Shown: positions 35,695-48,738, counted from the stretch's first letter. The stretch is 54,709 bases of DNA from Chiloscyllium plagiosum (GCF_004010195.1 NC_057720.1:1410937-1465645), one strand, 5' to 3'. Notes: a model not told the origin generated them from the sequence alone. Program-made: numbers and translations.

Positions 35695-37320
35695 CAGCCT
35701 AATAGTATTATTGCTGGACCTGTAATCCAGAAACTCGGGTAATGTTCTGGGAACCTCGGTTCAAATCCCACCATGGCAGATGGTGGAATCGGAGTTCAAT
35801 TTAAAAAAAATCTGAAATTCAGAGTCTAATGATGATCATGAATCTATTGTCAATTCTTTGCAAGATCCCATCTGGTTCATTAATGTCCTTTATGTGCTCA
35901 GGCCTGCATTTGACTCCACAGCAATATAGGAGGTAAAAACAATGACTGCAGATGCTGGAAACCAGATTCTGGATCAGTGGTGCTACGTAGAGCAGTTGAT
36001 CTTCCGTAATTAGCTATGTAGAGCAGTTGATCTTCCGTAATTACACCGGCACCACTCCCCACCTCTTCCTCCGCTACATTGATGACTGCATTGGCGCCAC
36101 CTCGTGCTCCCGCGAGGAGGTTGAGCAATTCATCAACTTCACCAACACATTCCACCCCGACCTTAAATTTACCTGGACCATCTCTGACACCTCCCTCCCC
36201 ATCCTGGACCTCTTCATCTCCATTAGTGACGACCGATTTGACACTGACATTTTCTACAAACCCACCGACTCCCACAGCTACCTGGATTACACCTCTTCCC
36301 ACCCTACCTCTTGCAAAAATGCCATCCCGTATTCCCAATTCCTCCGCCTCCGCCGTATCTGCTCCCAGGAGAAGCNNNNNNNNNNNNNNNNNNNNNNNNN
36401 NNNNNNNNNNNNNNNNNNNNNNNNNNNNNNNNNNNNNNNNNNNNNNNNNNNNNNNNNNNNNNNNNNNNNNNNNNNNNNNNNNNNNNNNNNNNNNNNNNNN
36501 NNNNNNNNNNNNNNNNNNNNNNNNNNNNNNNNNNNNNNNNNNNNNNNNNNNNNNNNNNNNNNNNNNNNNNNNNNNNNNNNNNNNNNNNNNNNNNNNNNNN
36601 NNNNNNNNNNNNNNNNNNNNNNNNNNNNNNNNNNNNNNNNNNNNNNNNNNNNNNNNNNNNNNNNNNNNNNNNNNNNNNNNNNNNNNNNNNNNNNNNNNNN
36701 NNNNNNNNNNNNNNNNNNNNNNNNNNNNNNNNNNNNNNNNNNNNNNNNNNNNNNNNNNNNNNNNNNNNNNNNNNNNNNNNNNNNNNNNNNNNNNNNNNNN
36801 NNNNNNNNNNNNNNNNNNNNNNNNNNNNNNNNNNNNNNNNNNNNNNNNNNNNNNNNNNNNNNNNNNNNNNNNNNNNNNNNNNNNNNNNNNNNNNNNNNNN
36901 NNNNNNNNNNNNNNNNNNNNNNNNNNNNNNNNNNNNNNNNNNNNNNNNNNNNNNNNNNNNNNNNNNNNNNNNNNNNNNNNNNNNNNNNNNNNNNNNNNNN
37001 NNNNNNNNNNNNNNNNNNNNNNNNNNNNNNNNNNNNNNNNNNNNNNNNNNNNNNNNNNNNNNNNNNNNNNNNNNCACCCTCCTCTAGCTTATCTCTCCAC
37101 GCTTCAGGCTCTCTGCCTTTATTCCTGATGAAGGGCTTTTGCCCGAAACGTCGATTTCGAAGCTCCTCGGATGCTGCCTGAATTGCTGTGCTCTTCCAGC
37201 ACCACTGATCCAGAATCCACAGCAATATATTTGACTCTCAACTGCCCTCTGGACAAATAGAGATGGGTAATAAATGCTGGCCTAACCTGCAATATTCTCT
37301 TCCTGTGAATTTAAAAAAAA
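35695..37320 (+). mobile_element. Deu-domain SINE split by a PLE insertion
   Basis: Head at 35695-35928, tail at 37230-37315 (ggtaataaatgctggccta). Confidence 0.7.
35929..37215 (+). mobile_element. Young 5'-truncated Penelope-like element (RT fragment, gap, pLTR)
   Basis: Open frame LFLRYIDDCIG...FYKPTDSHSYLDYTSSHP..AIPYSQFLRLRRICS; 14-bp TSD tccacagcaatata at 35915-35928 and 37216-37229; hammerhead core at 37125-37152. Confidence 0.92.
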
Positions 37321-37445
37321 AATTATTGTTGGCAACTACTGGCTTAAGAGTGTGATCTGGCACATTAGTTGTTTGATGTGGTATTGATCTTTTATGATGG
37401 ATCAATGCAGCCATGTAATCTGTAACATACTTGTGATTTGTTTAG

Positions 37446-37526
37446 GGCTCTGATCAAACTAAAGTACAAAAACAGAATTGCTTGTGGTTATTTGTGACTC
37501 ATCAGAAATGTCGGAAAGAAGATGTG
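37446..37526 (+). CDS. TYW3: TYW3 exon 2 (81 nt)
   Basis: GSDQTKVQKQNCLWLFVTHQKCRKEDV; tttag| and |gtgagt. Confidence 0.95.
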
Positions 37527-37609
37527 GTGAGTTACCAATATTTTGTACTCCTTAATTTCTCTAGTTTTGTCTGACAGAGGATTTTCTTCAATGTTTGTAT
37601 CACTAATTC

Positions 37610-39535
37610 ACCATCCCTTAGTTTTCATAGTAGAAGGCATTAATAGCATTACAAAATTACTAAATTTTGGGCAAAAGGAGGGGAGGCAATAAATACAGTA
37701 ATTTTACAAGAGAAAAAGTTCTAGGTAATCTAATGGGACTAAAGACTGATGAGTCACTTGGATCCGATGGGATGCAACATAGGATATTGAAAGAAGTAGC
37801 TACAGAGATAGTGAATGCACTGGAAGTAATCTTCCAAGATTACTTAGACTCTGAAATAATCCCAAAGGATTGGAAAATGCCAAAGTGATATCTTTATTTA
37901 GAAAGTAAAGGAGAAAAATAACAGCTAACTATGAACCAGTTAGCTTAACGTTTGTTCTCGGAAAAATGTTAGAGTCCATTTTCAAAGATCTAATAGCATA
38001 GCATTTAGAAATACATAATATAATCAAGGACAGTCAGCATAGTTTCATAAAGGGGAAATGTTGACTGACAAATTTACTAGATTTCTTTGAGAAAGTGACA
38101 AGTATGATGGCGAAACAGGATATAGTGGATGTAATATATTTGGATTTTCAGAAGGCCTTTAATAAGATACTGTACAATAGGCTACTTAATAAGAGCCCAT
38201 GGTGTTGGATTGAGGATTGAATGAGTCATGGAAAACAGAATTGGGGTAAGGGGGGCATATTCAGGATGGTATCACGTAACTGTGGAGTGAATACAAGGAT
38301 CAGTACTGGAACCACAATTACTTAACAATATTTGTTAATGACTTGGAAGAGGAAATATACTGTAGCCAGATTTGTCGTTGACACCAAAAGAGGCCAGTAG
38401 TGACGATGGCGCAAAAGGTCTGCAGAAGGGTGTAAACAAATTAAATGGGCATAAACTTGTATGTAATGTGGGGAAATTAGGTTATGCACTTTGACAGGAA
38501 GAATAGAGGAGCTAATATGATTTAAATTGAGAAATGGTGGCTCAGTGGTTAGCACTACTATCCCACAGAACCAGGGACCTGGGTTCGATTCCAACCTCGG
38601 GCAACTATCTGTGTGGAGTTTGCACATTCTGCCCACGTCTGCGTAGGTTTCCTTCGCGTGCTACGGCTTCCTTCCACAGTCCAAAAATGTGCAAGTTAGG
38701 TGAATTGGCCATGCTAAATTACCCATAGTATTCAGGGATGTGTATGTTAGATGCATTAGTCGGGGATTAATGTAGAGTTATAGGGGAATGGGTCTGGGTG
38801 GGTTACTCTTCGGAGTGTCGTGAATTTGTTGGGCTGAACGCCCTGTTTCCACACTGTAGGGATTCTATGAAAACTACAGAACAGAGGGGAATCCTTGTAC
38901 ATAAAGCTCAAAAAACTAGTTTCCGAGTTCAGATAATAGGAAACCAAATAGAATGTTGGCTTTTATTTCAAAGGGTTTGGAATATACAAATAGGCTCATT
39001 AGACTTATATCGGGTGTGGTGGTACCAAATTATGAAGAGAGGTTGAGTAGGTTGGACGAGTTTAGAAGAATGAGAGGCACCCTTATTGAAACATGCAGGA
39101 TTCTGAGGGAATTTCATAGGATAGCTTGTTCTTGATAAAAGGGTCTAGATCGAAATGTCGAATCTCCTGCTTCTCGGATGTTGCCTGACTGGCTGTGCTT
39201 TTCCAACACCACACTTTTTGACTCTGATCTCCAGCATCTGCAGTCCTCACTTTGTCCAGTGTAGATCAAAAAGGTCGTTTCCACTATTAGTAGAGTCTAG
39301 GACCATGGTTCAGAATAAGAGGTCACCTTTTTAAAACAGAGGAGGAATTTCATTTCTGAGGATAGTGAATCTGTGGAATGGTTTTATCACAGAAGGCTGT
39401 TGAGGCTCTGTTGTTGAATATAGTCAAGGCTGAGGTATGCATGTTTTTAATCAGTAAGGATTTTGGGGAAATGTCAGGAAAATGATCAGATCAGCAATGA
39501 AGCAGGCCTGATGGACTGAATGGCCTGCTCCAATC
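37610..39535 (+). mobile_element. Old CR1 LINE with a nested HE1 SINE (38533-38868) and a degenerate family A pLTR (39130-39258)
   Basis: LKTDESLGSDGMQHRILKEVATEI; SINE head ggctcagtggttagcac. Confidence 0.8.
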
Positions 39536-40839
39536 TCTCAATTTCTGGTTCAGACATCTTTCTATGTGGCATGGTAGGAAATGTCTGTGTAGCTTACTGC
39601 TGGTAGCTAGATGTCTTGACAAATACAATGTTCACCTTGGTGTCCATTCAATGGGACACGCTCTGCCTTTCACTCAGAAATTACTGATACTTCCACGAAC
39701 ATCTGGAGTGAAGCTCACTTGGTCGAGGAGATGTATGAGCCCTCAATTTTTCAACTACTACTTCTTTACTGATACTAACTTTTTTAAGTTCTGCAGTTAC
39801 ACAAGTACCTTGGTTGCCTAGTATTTCTGGGAGATTTTTTGTATTTCATTCCATGAAGGCAGACACCTAGTAGCTGCCTGGTTTCTTCCCCGCTTCTCTG
39901 TTTACCACCATAAATTCTGCTGTCACATTTAATGGACCCATATTTATCCTCACTAATCTTCCTTTCACATATTGAAAGAAACTTTTTTGCAGTTCTCCAT
40001 TAAGTGTTCCTCACAAACTTACATTCATCTCTTTTTCCTATCTTTGTCAGTTTCTTGGCCTTCCTTCGCTGAGTCCTAAATTGCCCCATATTTAGGTGTC
40101 CATTATTTCTGGAATTCATACAAGCAACTGCCTTTGATCTAATGCATTCTTTAAATTCTTTCATTCACCATGTTGATTCACCTTTCCTTTTGTGCCTTGG
40201 TGAATTGTATATCTGTTGTAGGCCTTATAATGTTTATTTAAGTACTGGCAATTGCTTGTCTAGTGTCAAATCCTTATGTATTTTCTCAATTACCTGACCG
40301 AACTTGCCTGTCATACCCTCATAGTTTCTGTTGCTCGGAGTTAAGACCCTGGTTTCATAGAGTCCCTTCAGCCCAACATGTCTGCAATGGCTAAAAACAA
40401 TCACCTAACTATTCTAGTCCCATTTTTCAGCATTTGGCCTACAGCTTTGTATGCCTTGACACAGGTGCATATCTAAATTCTACTTATTAGTTCTTTCTCA
40501 TTACAAAGTATTAAACCCAAAATAGCCGGATATTTAATTGACTGCTTGACATACTGTTTCAGAAACACATCTCATACACAATCCAGGAATTAATCCTCCA
40601 CAATATTTGGGCCAACTTTATGAACCTTGTCTCTTTGCAAATTGAACTCAATATTACTGTATTACATTAATCTTTAATTTTGTTCATGATGTAACCAACG
40701 TTATCACTACATTTTGGTGCAACATGCTATTTCATATCTCCGTTATATTGTTCAGTTTTCTTGATAATATTCTACTAGAGGAAATTGTTTCCCTGTATTT
40801 GATCTATTGCATTCTTGTTCACAATCATTGTTTAAATCA

Positions 40840-41700
40840 ATAACATTCTGGGGTTACCATTAACCAGGAACTAAACTGAAGAAGCTATGTAAATACTCTG
40901 GCTACAAGAGCAGGTCAGGGACTCTGAATTCTGTAGTGAGGAACTTGCCTGCTATTCCCTGTGCTTTCTAAAAGGCACAAGTCAGGATTGTGATGGGCAA
41001 CTGCCCATTTGTCAGGGTGGACACAGCTGCAACAACATTCAAAGCAGGACATCATCCAAGACAAAGCAATGATTGGCTGAAAATGTGTTGCTGGAAAAGC
41101 GCAGCAGGTCAGGCAGCATCCAAGGAGCAGGAGAATCGACGTTTCGGGCACGAGCCCTTCTTCAGGAATCCTGAAGAAGGGCTCATGCCCGAAACATCGA
41201 TTCTCCTGCTCCTTGGATGCTGCCTGACCTGCTGCGCTTTTCCAGCAACACATTTTCAGCTCTGATCTCCAGCATCTGCAGTCCTCACTTTCTCCTAAAG
41301 CAATGATTGGGCATTACACTGCGTCCATCACATTCAATATTCACTCCCTTTACAACAAGGACACAGTTGCGGTAGTGTGTGCCATGAACAAGATGCATTG
41401 CAGCAACTCATGAAGAATACTTTGTCAGTACCCTTCATTTCCACTACCTAGTTAGGGCAACAGATGGATGAGAGTTCCCCTCCAAGTATCACATTATCCT
41501 GCTTTGGAAATATGCCATCATTCCTTCACTCATTGGGTTAATATCCTGGAACTCCTTCTCTAACCGCATTGTGGTTGTCCCTATACCCCAAACACTGGAG
41601 CAGCTCAAGAAGGCAGCTCATCATTGCTCTTCCCAGGGTAACTAGGGATGGGCTATAAATGCTGAACTAGCCAGTAGTACTCACATCCAATGAATAAATA
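40840..41700 (+). mobile_element. LINE 3' region (Deu-SINE partner family)
   Basis: Homologous to 15460-15772 and 53100-53910; tail gggctataaatgctgaactagccag...atgaataaata. Confidence 0.65.
41077..41296. mobile_element. Near-perfect fold-back PLE derivative with back-to-back hammerhead cores
   Basis: 14-bp TSD aaagcaatgattgg at 41063-41076 and 41297-41310; arms of about 90 bp centred on 41168; CTGAAGA minus 41159-41165 and plus 41171-41177. Confidence 0.92.
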
Positions 41701-41744
41701 CATCTTAAAACTGACCCAGTTTTATTGAAAGCCTCAATTGAGCT

Positions 41745-41875
41745 TGATATGGAGATGCCGGTGTTGGACTGGGTGGGGTGTACAAAGTTAAAAAACATAC
41801 AACACCAGGTTATAGTCCAACAGGTTTAATTGGAAGCACTAGCTTTTGCAGCGCTGCTCCTTTAATCAGGTTGTT
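41745..41875 (-). mobile_element. Family B PLE pLTR fragment
   Basis: gagatgccggtgttggactg...aagcactagctttt. Confidence 0.75.
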
Positions 41876-42658
41876 ATTTAGTTAATCACCATTAGATGCT
41901 TTCATGGGAACAGTTATTCATTGCCTACTCTGATTAGGCACTCGTGAGTTAGAACACCTCTATCAAATTTTCTCTCAAACCTCTTGAAGCGGAATCCTGA
42001 AATTTCCAGTCTATCCATACGTAAGAATTGTTTCTGTACCCTCGCTAATGTCTTACATTGTTTCTAAAGTGTGGTGCTCAGAAACAGACCCACATTCGGC
42101 TTCAGCCAGAGTTTTATGTTTAAAAATGTTTACCAGAGCCTTGCTTTTGTACTTTGTCACGCTTTATGAAGTACAAGATCCTGTATGTTTTATTAACAAT
42201 TTCTTAACCTCAGTGACTTAGCTGCCTGTATCCTTTGCTCGTCCCCAGACCTGTCTCCATCATCCTTTCAGGTTGTGATTCCTAGACATAACTTGCTATA
42301 CACAAATATTTTCTCCTTCCACTTCTGTGTCTTTTGCCAGTCAACTTCAATCTATACCCGCTGGATGAAGATCCCACTGCTACTGGAAGGTGTTTCCTCA
42401 TGTTTACTCTATCAGAACTCCCATGATTTTGAACAACCCTTATCAATCCTTTAACCTTGTCTCAGAAGAGCAATTTTATCTTCTCCAGTCTCACCACATT
42501 CACTGAAGTTTCTATACAAGATTCTCTTGGTCTTTTTCAGAATTTAATGACAGGTGGGATTGTACTAATATCCAGGAGCAAGTTTAGATTTATTTTTGGT
42601 GTGAACTAGTGTGTTACCTTTTGTTTATGCGTTCTATTCTTCCTCCATTCTCCTATAG

Positions 42659-42757
42659 ATTGCGGGTTTGCTGAAAGCAGAGGATAATGCAGTGTTTAAA
42701 TTTGAGCCATTTGTTCTTCATGTCCAGTGCAGGACATTAGAGGATGCACAACTCTTG
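42659..42757 (+). CDS. TYW3: TYW3 exon 3 (99 nt)
   Basis: [33 protein letters not shown]; ctatag| and |gtaaga. Confidence 0.96.
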
Positions 42758-43079
42758 GTAAGAATCAGTTGCTGAGTTACCTGACTTACTCAAACTCTTT
42801 CTTCATTGTAGAAAAGTAATCATCCACGCTTAATGAAAAGTTGCCGTTTGTCTGAAAAATTCTGGAATACAAAGAAGTGAAGCTTCAGTTTACGGAGCCA
42901 TGATCTAACCTGCCTGAGTTGTGGTACTGCAACTCAGGAAGGATGTAACGGCTTTTGATGTGTAGAGCTGATCCACCCAAATGGAAAGAAGCATTTAATG
43001 TTAAATTATGAGGAAATATTGTGTAACTTTGGTTAGTATTCCCTTGAGTTTAGAGGATTGAGGAGTGATCTAATTACTT

Positions 43080-43735
43080 TTCATTCATTCATAAGCTATA
43101 GACATTGCCGGGTGGCCCAGCATTTATTGCCCATCCCTACTTGATATTGAGGAAGGAGTGATGAGCTACCTTCTCGAAATGCTACTGTCTGGTGTAGGTA
43201 GACCCACAATGCTGGTAAGGAGGGATTCACAAAAGTTTGACTCAGCGGCAATGAAGGAACAGCAATACATTTCCAAGTCAGAATGGTGAGTGGCTTGAAG
43301 GAGAATTTGAAGGTGGTGGTATCTCTGTGTACCTGCTAACTTAGTCCTTCTACATGATATTTGTCATGGTTTGAAAGAGACTTGATGAATTTCTGCAGTA
43401 TATCTTGTAGATGGTACACACTGCTGCTGCTGAGCATGAGTTGTAGAGTGGAGGGGGACTGAATATTTGTGAATGTGGTGCCAGTCAAGCGTGCTGATTT
43501 TTCCTGAATGGTATCAAGCTTTGTGAGTGTTGCTGGAGCTACACTCATCCAGGCAAGTGGAGACAGTGTTCCATCCTACTTCATAATTGTACCTTGTAGA
43601 TAGTGAATGGGCTTTGGGGGGTCAGAAGGTGGGTTACTGTTTGCAGAATTCCCAGTCTGCCCATGTATGCAGAGATTTTATATGTTTAGGCGAGTTCAGT
43701 TTCTGGTCAATTGTAACCACAAGGATGTTGATCTA
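43080..43735 (-). mobile_element. LINE 3' region (Deu-SINE partner family)
   Basis: MSVAPATLTKLDTIQEKSARLTG; tail ccagcatttattgcccatccct. Confidence 0.7.
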
Positions 43736-44039
43736 ATCAATGTAATGGGAATATTAAAATGATCTGAGAATTAGTATAAATTCATTTACGGGTAAGCTAG
43801 ATAGGTAGTTGAGGGAGAAAGGAATAAAAGGAAATGGTAATTGTGTGCAATGAAAAAGGGCTTGTTTGGAGAATCAACACTGGCAAGAGCTACATGGTCC
43901 AAATGGCTTGTTTCTGATTGGGGAATTCTGTGTAAAATGAGCATGTAGTCAATTAAAATGTTTTTAAAAATACAGCTACCTTAAATCAGGACAGTTTTAT
44001 TTTACTGATTTACTGACTGGCTACTGTTCTGGATTACAG

Positions 44040-44111
44040 CACTCTGTCGCTATAAACTCTGGCTTCAGGAACTCTGGGATCACGGTTGGCAAGAAAGGCA
44101 AAATAATGATG
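44040..44111 (+). CDS. TYW3: TYW3 exon 4 (72 nt)
   Basis: HSVAINSGFRNSGITVGKKGKIMM; tacag| and |gtaatg. Confidence 0.96.
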
Positions 44112-45179
44112 GTAATGTGGGGTCTTGCATGTAGTATTGCATTAAAAATTATTTGCGCATTTTAGTTTTAGATGAAGGCCTGAAAGTTAATCACGCGCTG
44201 CCTATTAGAATTTCGTTCTGAACACAATCTAAACTAATCTCCTCTTGATGGTTTCCATATGTGAGTAATCAGTGAGCTCGGTACCCCTGTGATCGAATTC
44301 CGCATCAAGCTGTATGGACTGTGCAACTTCCATTGCCTTCCGATTGAGCCACTGTAGCTCCCTTCCCTAGGTTAGGTTAAGCCCTGGGAGGTCGTGTCCC
44401 ATTAATCAGCCTGCCTCACTGAGACCTCTTATATTTAATCATTACACCCATAGAATGATACAGCACAGGAGGTGGCCACTTGAGCCATTTTTCTGTGCCT
44501 TTCTTTGAAAGAGCTGTTCATTCCATTCTCCTGCTGTTTCCCAAGGCTGCGCAAGTTATTCTTTTTTAAGTATACCTTTCTAATTCCTTTTTGAAAGTTG
44601 TTATTGAATTTGTTTCCATTTCCCATTTGGGCATCATATTCCAGGTCACAATGTGCTCCATCTTTAAACAAAAGATTTCAGTGCTACCTTTAGTTCTTTA
44701 AATAGAGGCAGCTTAAAAACCATATGGTTGTCAACCCTCCTAACTTTTTATTGTTTTGTGGGATGTGGTTGTTGCTGGCAAGGCTGACGTTTGTCACTTC
44801 TGAAGGCCCTTGGAATGAATTGCTGCTAGGATCATTTCAGATAATGTTAAGAGTTGACCACATTGCTGTGGGTTTGAAGTCCTACTTAAGTTAGACCCCC
44901 TGGTCAGGTGAGCAAACTTGCTTGCCCAAAGGACATGAATAAACCAAGTGGGGGTTTACAATAACCTGTATGATTTTGTAGTCACCATTAGACGAGGGCT
45001 TTAATTCCAGATGTTTTTTATCAATTGAATTTAAATTCTGGCTGCTTCCATGGTGTTTCCGCAGCATTTGCACAGGCCTCTGGGGTACAACTTTGGTGAT
45101 GTTACTATATGCCAATATTGCTTTCCTAAATGCGACAAATACTTTTGCATCTTATAAATATATTGACTGGAAACCTACT

Positions 45180-46320
45180 CATAGATTCAAACAGCACGGA
45201 AAAGGCCCTTCGGCCTATCAGGTCTACTGACATAACTACCGCAATAAGGCGTGCTGATCTCCATTTTTCATATCCTTGAATGCTATAATATTTGAAGAGC
45301 TCAACCAAATATTTTTAAAAGTTTGTAAGATTTTCAGCCTCCACAACCTTACCAGGTAATGTGTTCTAGATTCCCACCACCTGTTGAGTGAAAAATGTTT
45401 TTTTTTCCCCAAATCCTCTCTGAATTTCCTGCCTCTTACCCTAGAAATTTACCCTCACTGACTGAGCCCTCAAACGAGGGGAACAGTTACTCTCTCTCCA
45501 CACTGTCCATACCCCTCAATCATGTTCCCCTCAATCTTCTGTGCTCTCGAGAAAACAATCCAAACCTATCTAGCTGCTCCTCATAGCTCAGTCTCTCAAT
45601 CCCAGCCAACATCCTGATGAACCTCCTCTGTACTCCTTCTAGTGCTGTCACATCCTTCCTGTAGTGAGGTGACCAGAACTGCGCACACAACTCCAGCTTC
45701 GGCCTGATCAACGCTTTGTATGTCTCAACATTTCCATCTTGCTCTTATACTCTGTCATAACTGATGAAAGCAAGTGTTCCATACATGCTTTCTTCCTGAC
45801 TATCCTATTCAGGGATCTGTGAATAATTACCCATGATCCCAGTGTTCCTCTGAGCTACCCAGTGTCCTGCCATTCATTAAATATTCTCTCATCTTGTTTC
45901 TTCCAAAATGCATCACCTCACATTTATCAAGGTTAAATACTATCTGCCACCAATCTGCCCTTCTGACCAACCCATCTATATTTTCCTGTAGCCTACAAAC
46001 ATCATCTTTGCTATCAACTGCTCAACCGATCTTGGTATCATCTGCAAACTTGGTTAACATTCCCCCAGCATTTTCATATATATCACTTCAGTATATAAAA
46101 ACAATGAGTCCCAGTACTGATCCTTGTGGTGCACCACTGAACACTGGCCTCCAGCCTTCTCCCACTACCCTTTGTGTCCTATTACTAAGCCAGTTTCTGA
46201 TCCAACTCACAAACTTTCCCTCTATTCCAAGTGCTTTCTCAATCAGTCTCCCATGTGGGACTTGGACAAAAGCTTTGCTAAATCCATATAAACTACATCA
46301 GCTGAACTTCCCTCATTAAC
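45180..46320 (-). mobile_element. Degenerate CR1 LINE
   Basis: RPKLELCAQFWSPHYRKDVTALEGVQRRF. Confidence 0.82.
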
Positions 46321-46617
46321 TCATAACTGTAAACATGCCTAAAGATAGCAGTTCCAATTTTTCTATTCTGCATTCTTCGTTGTTGTTGAAGTTATCAATT
46401 CCTGAATGTTAATATTTGTTGTCAAAATAAACGTCCATCATTGTTAATGTCTCTGGGAATCAGCTTGACATCACAGGCAAGGAGCTACAGTTTAACTTCA
46501 GTGCTAATATTGCCATAAGGTGATAGGTTAGGGTTGACATTTGTCTTTTAAGTCTTTGTCAGAAACCAAGTCATGGCGAAGCTTCCAGACTGACCATTGT
46601 CGCCTTGTTTAAAGTGA

Positions 46618-46851
46618 TTTGGAGATGCCAGTGTTGGACTGGGGTGTACAAAATTAAAAATCAACAGCACCAGGTTATAGTCCAACAGGTTTAATTGGAA
46701 GCACACTAGCTTTCGGCGCGACGCTCCTTCATCAGTTGGTAGTGGAGGGCTCAATCACTACCACCTGATGTGAAGGAGCATTGCTCCGAAAGCTAGTGTG
46801 CTTCCAATTAAACCTGTTGGACTATAACCTGGAGTTGTGTGATTTTTAACT
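46618..46851. mobile_element. Fold-back family B PLE derivative with two hammerhead-like cores
   Basis: 13-bp TSD ttgtttaaagtga at 46605-46617 and 46852-46864; minus CTGATGA at 46729-46735; plus core at about 46765 has a 2-nt insertion. Confidence 0.88.
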
Positions 46852-48221
46852 TTGTTTAAAGTGAAGAGCAAATGTTCACTTACTATGCCACTAGATGGCA
46901 GAATGGTCAACCAATTCTGTCAGCTCATCCTGTAAACATTTGTTGATCATTGAATTACACAACCTGGACTGCTGTCTGCTTTGTGAAAGTTAGCAAAGTA
47001 AAGAGCAAGAAAAATGTAGCCAGGGTGGGAAAGTAATGCAACGGTAAGTGCAACAGCTTTACAAATATTTGGATTTGCAACAAGTTGGGATGTGGGTGTT
47101 GCTGGCACTGCTGTTCTTAAATGCCCCCAGAAGACATTAGAGAACCATCTTGAATACAATGGAGTGGTTGAAGCTTTTCATGTCTAAATTAAGAGTCAAC
47201 ACGTTGGCCCACATCTCTGTTCAGATTCATTTACCTGAGCAGTTATCCTGGGAAATTTGGAGTGTTCCTGGCTAACAATAAAACTGAGATGCCATCACTG
47301 ACAAATATGATATAAGCTCCACCTCCGCTTCCCCGGTCTAACAACAACCTCGCCACTGATAACACCTGATTCCTCATTGACTTCTTTTTACTCCCTGCCC
47401 CAGAACAAATCAAAGGAACCACCCTCAAGAAAATCCCCCCCCCCCCCCCCTCACCATCTCTTGGACACTCAAAACCAGTGCAGAAGAGGACAGGAACAAT
47501 GTGAAATGAACTGTATTCCAGTCAAGAACTGATCCTGCTCACTCTCTAAGCAATAGGCAGAATCAGCAGCCATTACATCAGGCAGAAACAAAGTTCAGAA
47601 GTTCCCGATTTCCAGAAAAATGAGGATCTTCCAACATTCAGTCAATTCCTGCTGTAACAGTTTAAATTTGTCTCCTATTCTTCTTTAATATGTTAAACAG
47701 GAATAAATTATTGATGGCTTTTACCTGAAATGTTAATTTTACTGTTCCTCGGATGCTGCCTGAATTGCTGTGCTTTTCCAGTACCACTCTCATCTAAATT
47801 ATTGATAAGCCAACCTACACATTCTTTCCATTATTTTATAGATATATTTGGTCACTACAAAATGACAACTGCTCTATATGAAATACATCAAGGACCATGT
47901 ATTTTTCTGAGTTACTGAGGTTCTTTAAGCAAGTAATCAATCTTATGGCTCTTCTTTGGGCATTTTCCAAGGTCACTATCACCATCTGTAGAGACCAGAT
48001 CCCACCACAGAAGTCCTGGTGTGATTTGATCTTTCCAGTTGGAAACTTGTTTATCCTTGACAGACTGAGGAAATCCTAACTTTAACAGTGAGTTGTGATA
48101 AATGCTCTCACTGTGTTTAGCTGCCCTCCTTATGCTGCTTATGTTTGTGTTATCCTGAAATCTTTATTTGCTCCTGAGGTAAGTTGAAAGACGTTTACTA
48201 GGAAGAGCAGAGATGGAGATG

Positions 48222-48565
48222 GCCTGATGGCATTATTGTTGGACTGTTAATCCAAAAACCCAGGTAATGTCCTTGGGGCTAGGCTTCAAATCTTGCTATG
48301 GCAGCTGGTGGAATTTGAATTCAATAAACATCTGGAATTAAGAATCTAATGATGACCGTTAATCAATTGTCAATTGTTGGAAAAATCTATTTAGTTTACT
48401 AATATCCTTTAGGGAAGGAAACTGCCATCCTTACCTGATCTGGTCTATGTGTGGCTCCAGATCTATGACAATGTGGTTAACTCTTAACCGCTAGCCGGTA
48501 ATTAAGGGTGGGCAATAAATGCTGGCCTAGCCTGAAACTCCCTCATCCTATGAATGAATTTTTTT
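48222..48565 (+). mobile_element. Deu-domain SINE (SacSINE1-like)
   Basis: tRNA-like head, core cctttagggaaggaaactgccatccttacc, tail ggcaataaatgctggcctagcc...atgaatgaa. Confidence 0.75.
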
Positions 48566-48738
48566 AAAATGTGGAGAAGGCAGGAGAATGTGAAAACTGT
48601 ATAAGCACACATTTAAGCATGCGTCTCCCACAAAGATATGGGTGGCAATATCCCTACTTTAATGGAAACACGCTACATTTAAACACCTGTTGAGTCTCAA
48701 ACTGCTTTGATATTTGTTTTTTTTTCTCTTGTCATTAG

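Noticed and set aside
36027..37225. Long ORFs spanning N runs (also 1191-1895 and 51882-52931)
   Set aside because: Lengths are artefacts of assembly gaps
44274..44300. GAGCTCGGTACCC plus a nearby GAATTC resembling the pUC polylinker
   Set aside because: Only a 13-nt match, wrong site order and no other vector sequence; probably chance
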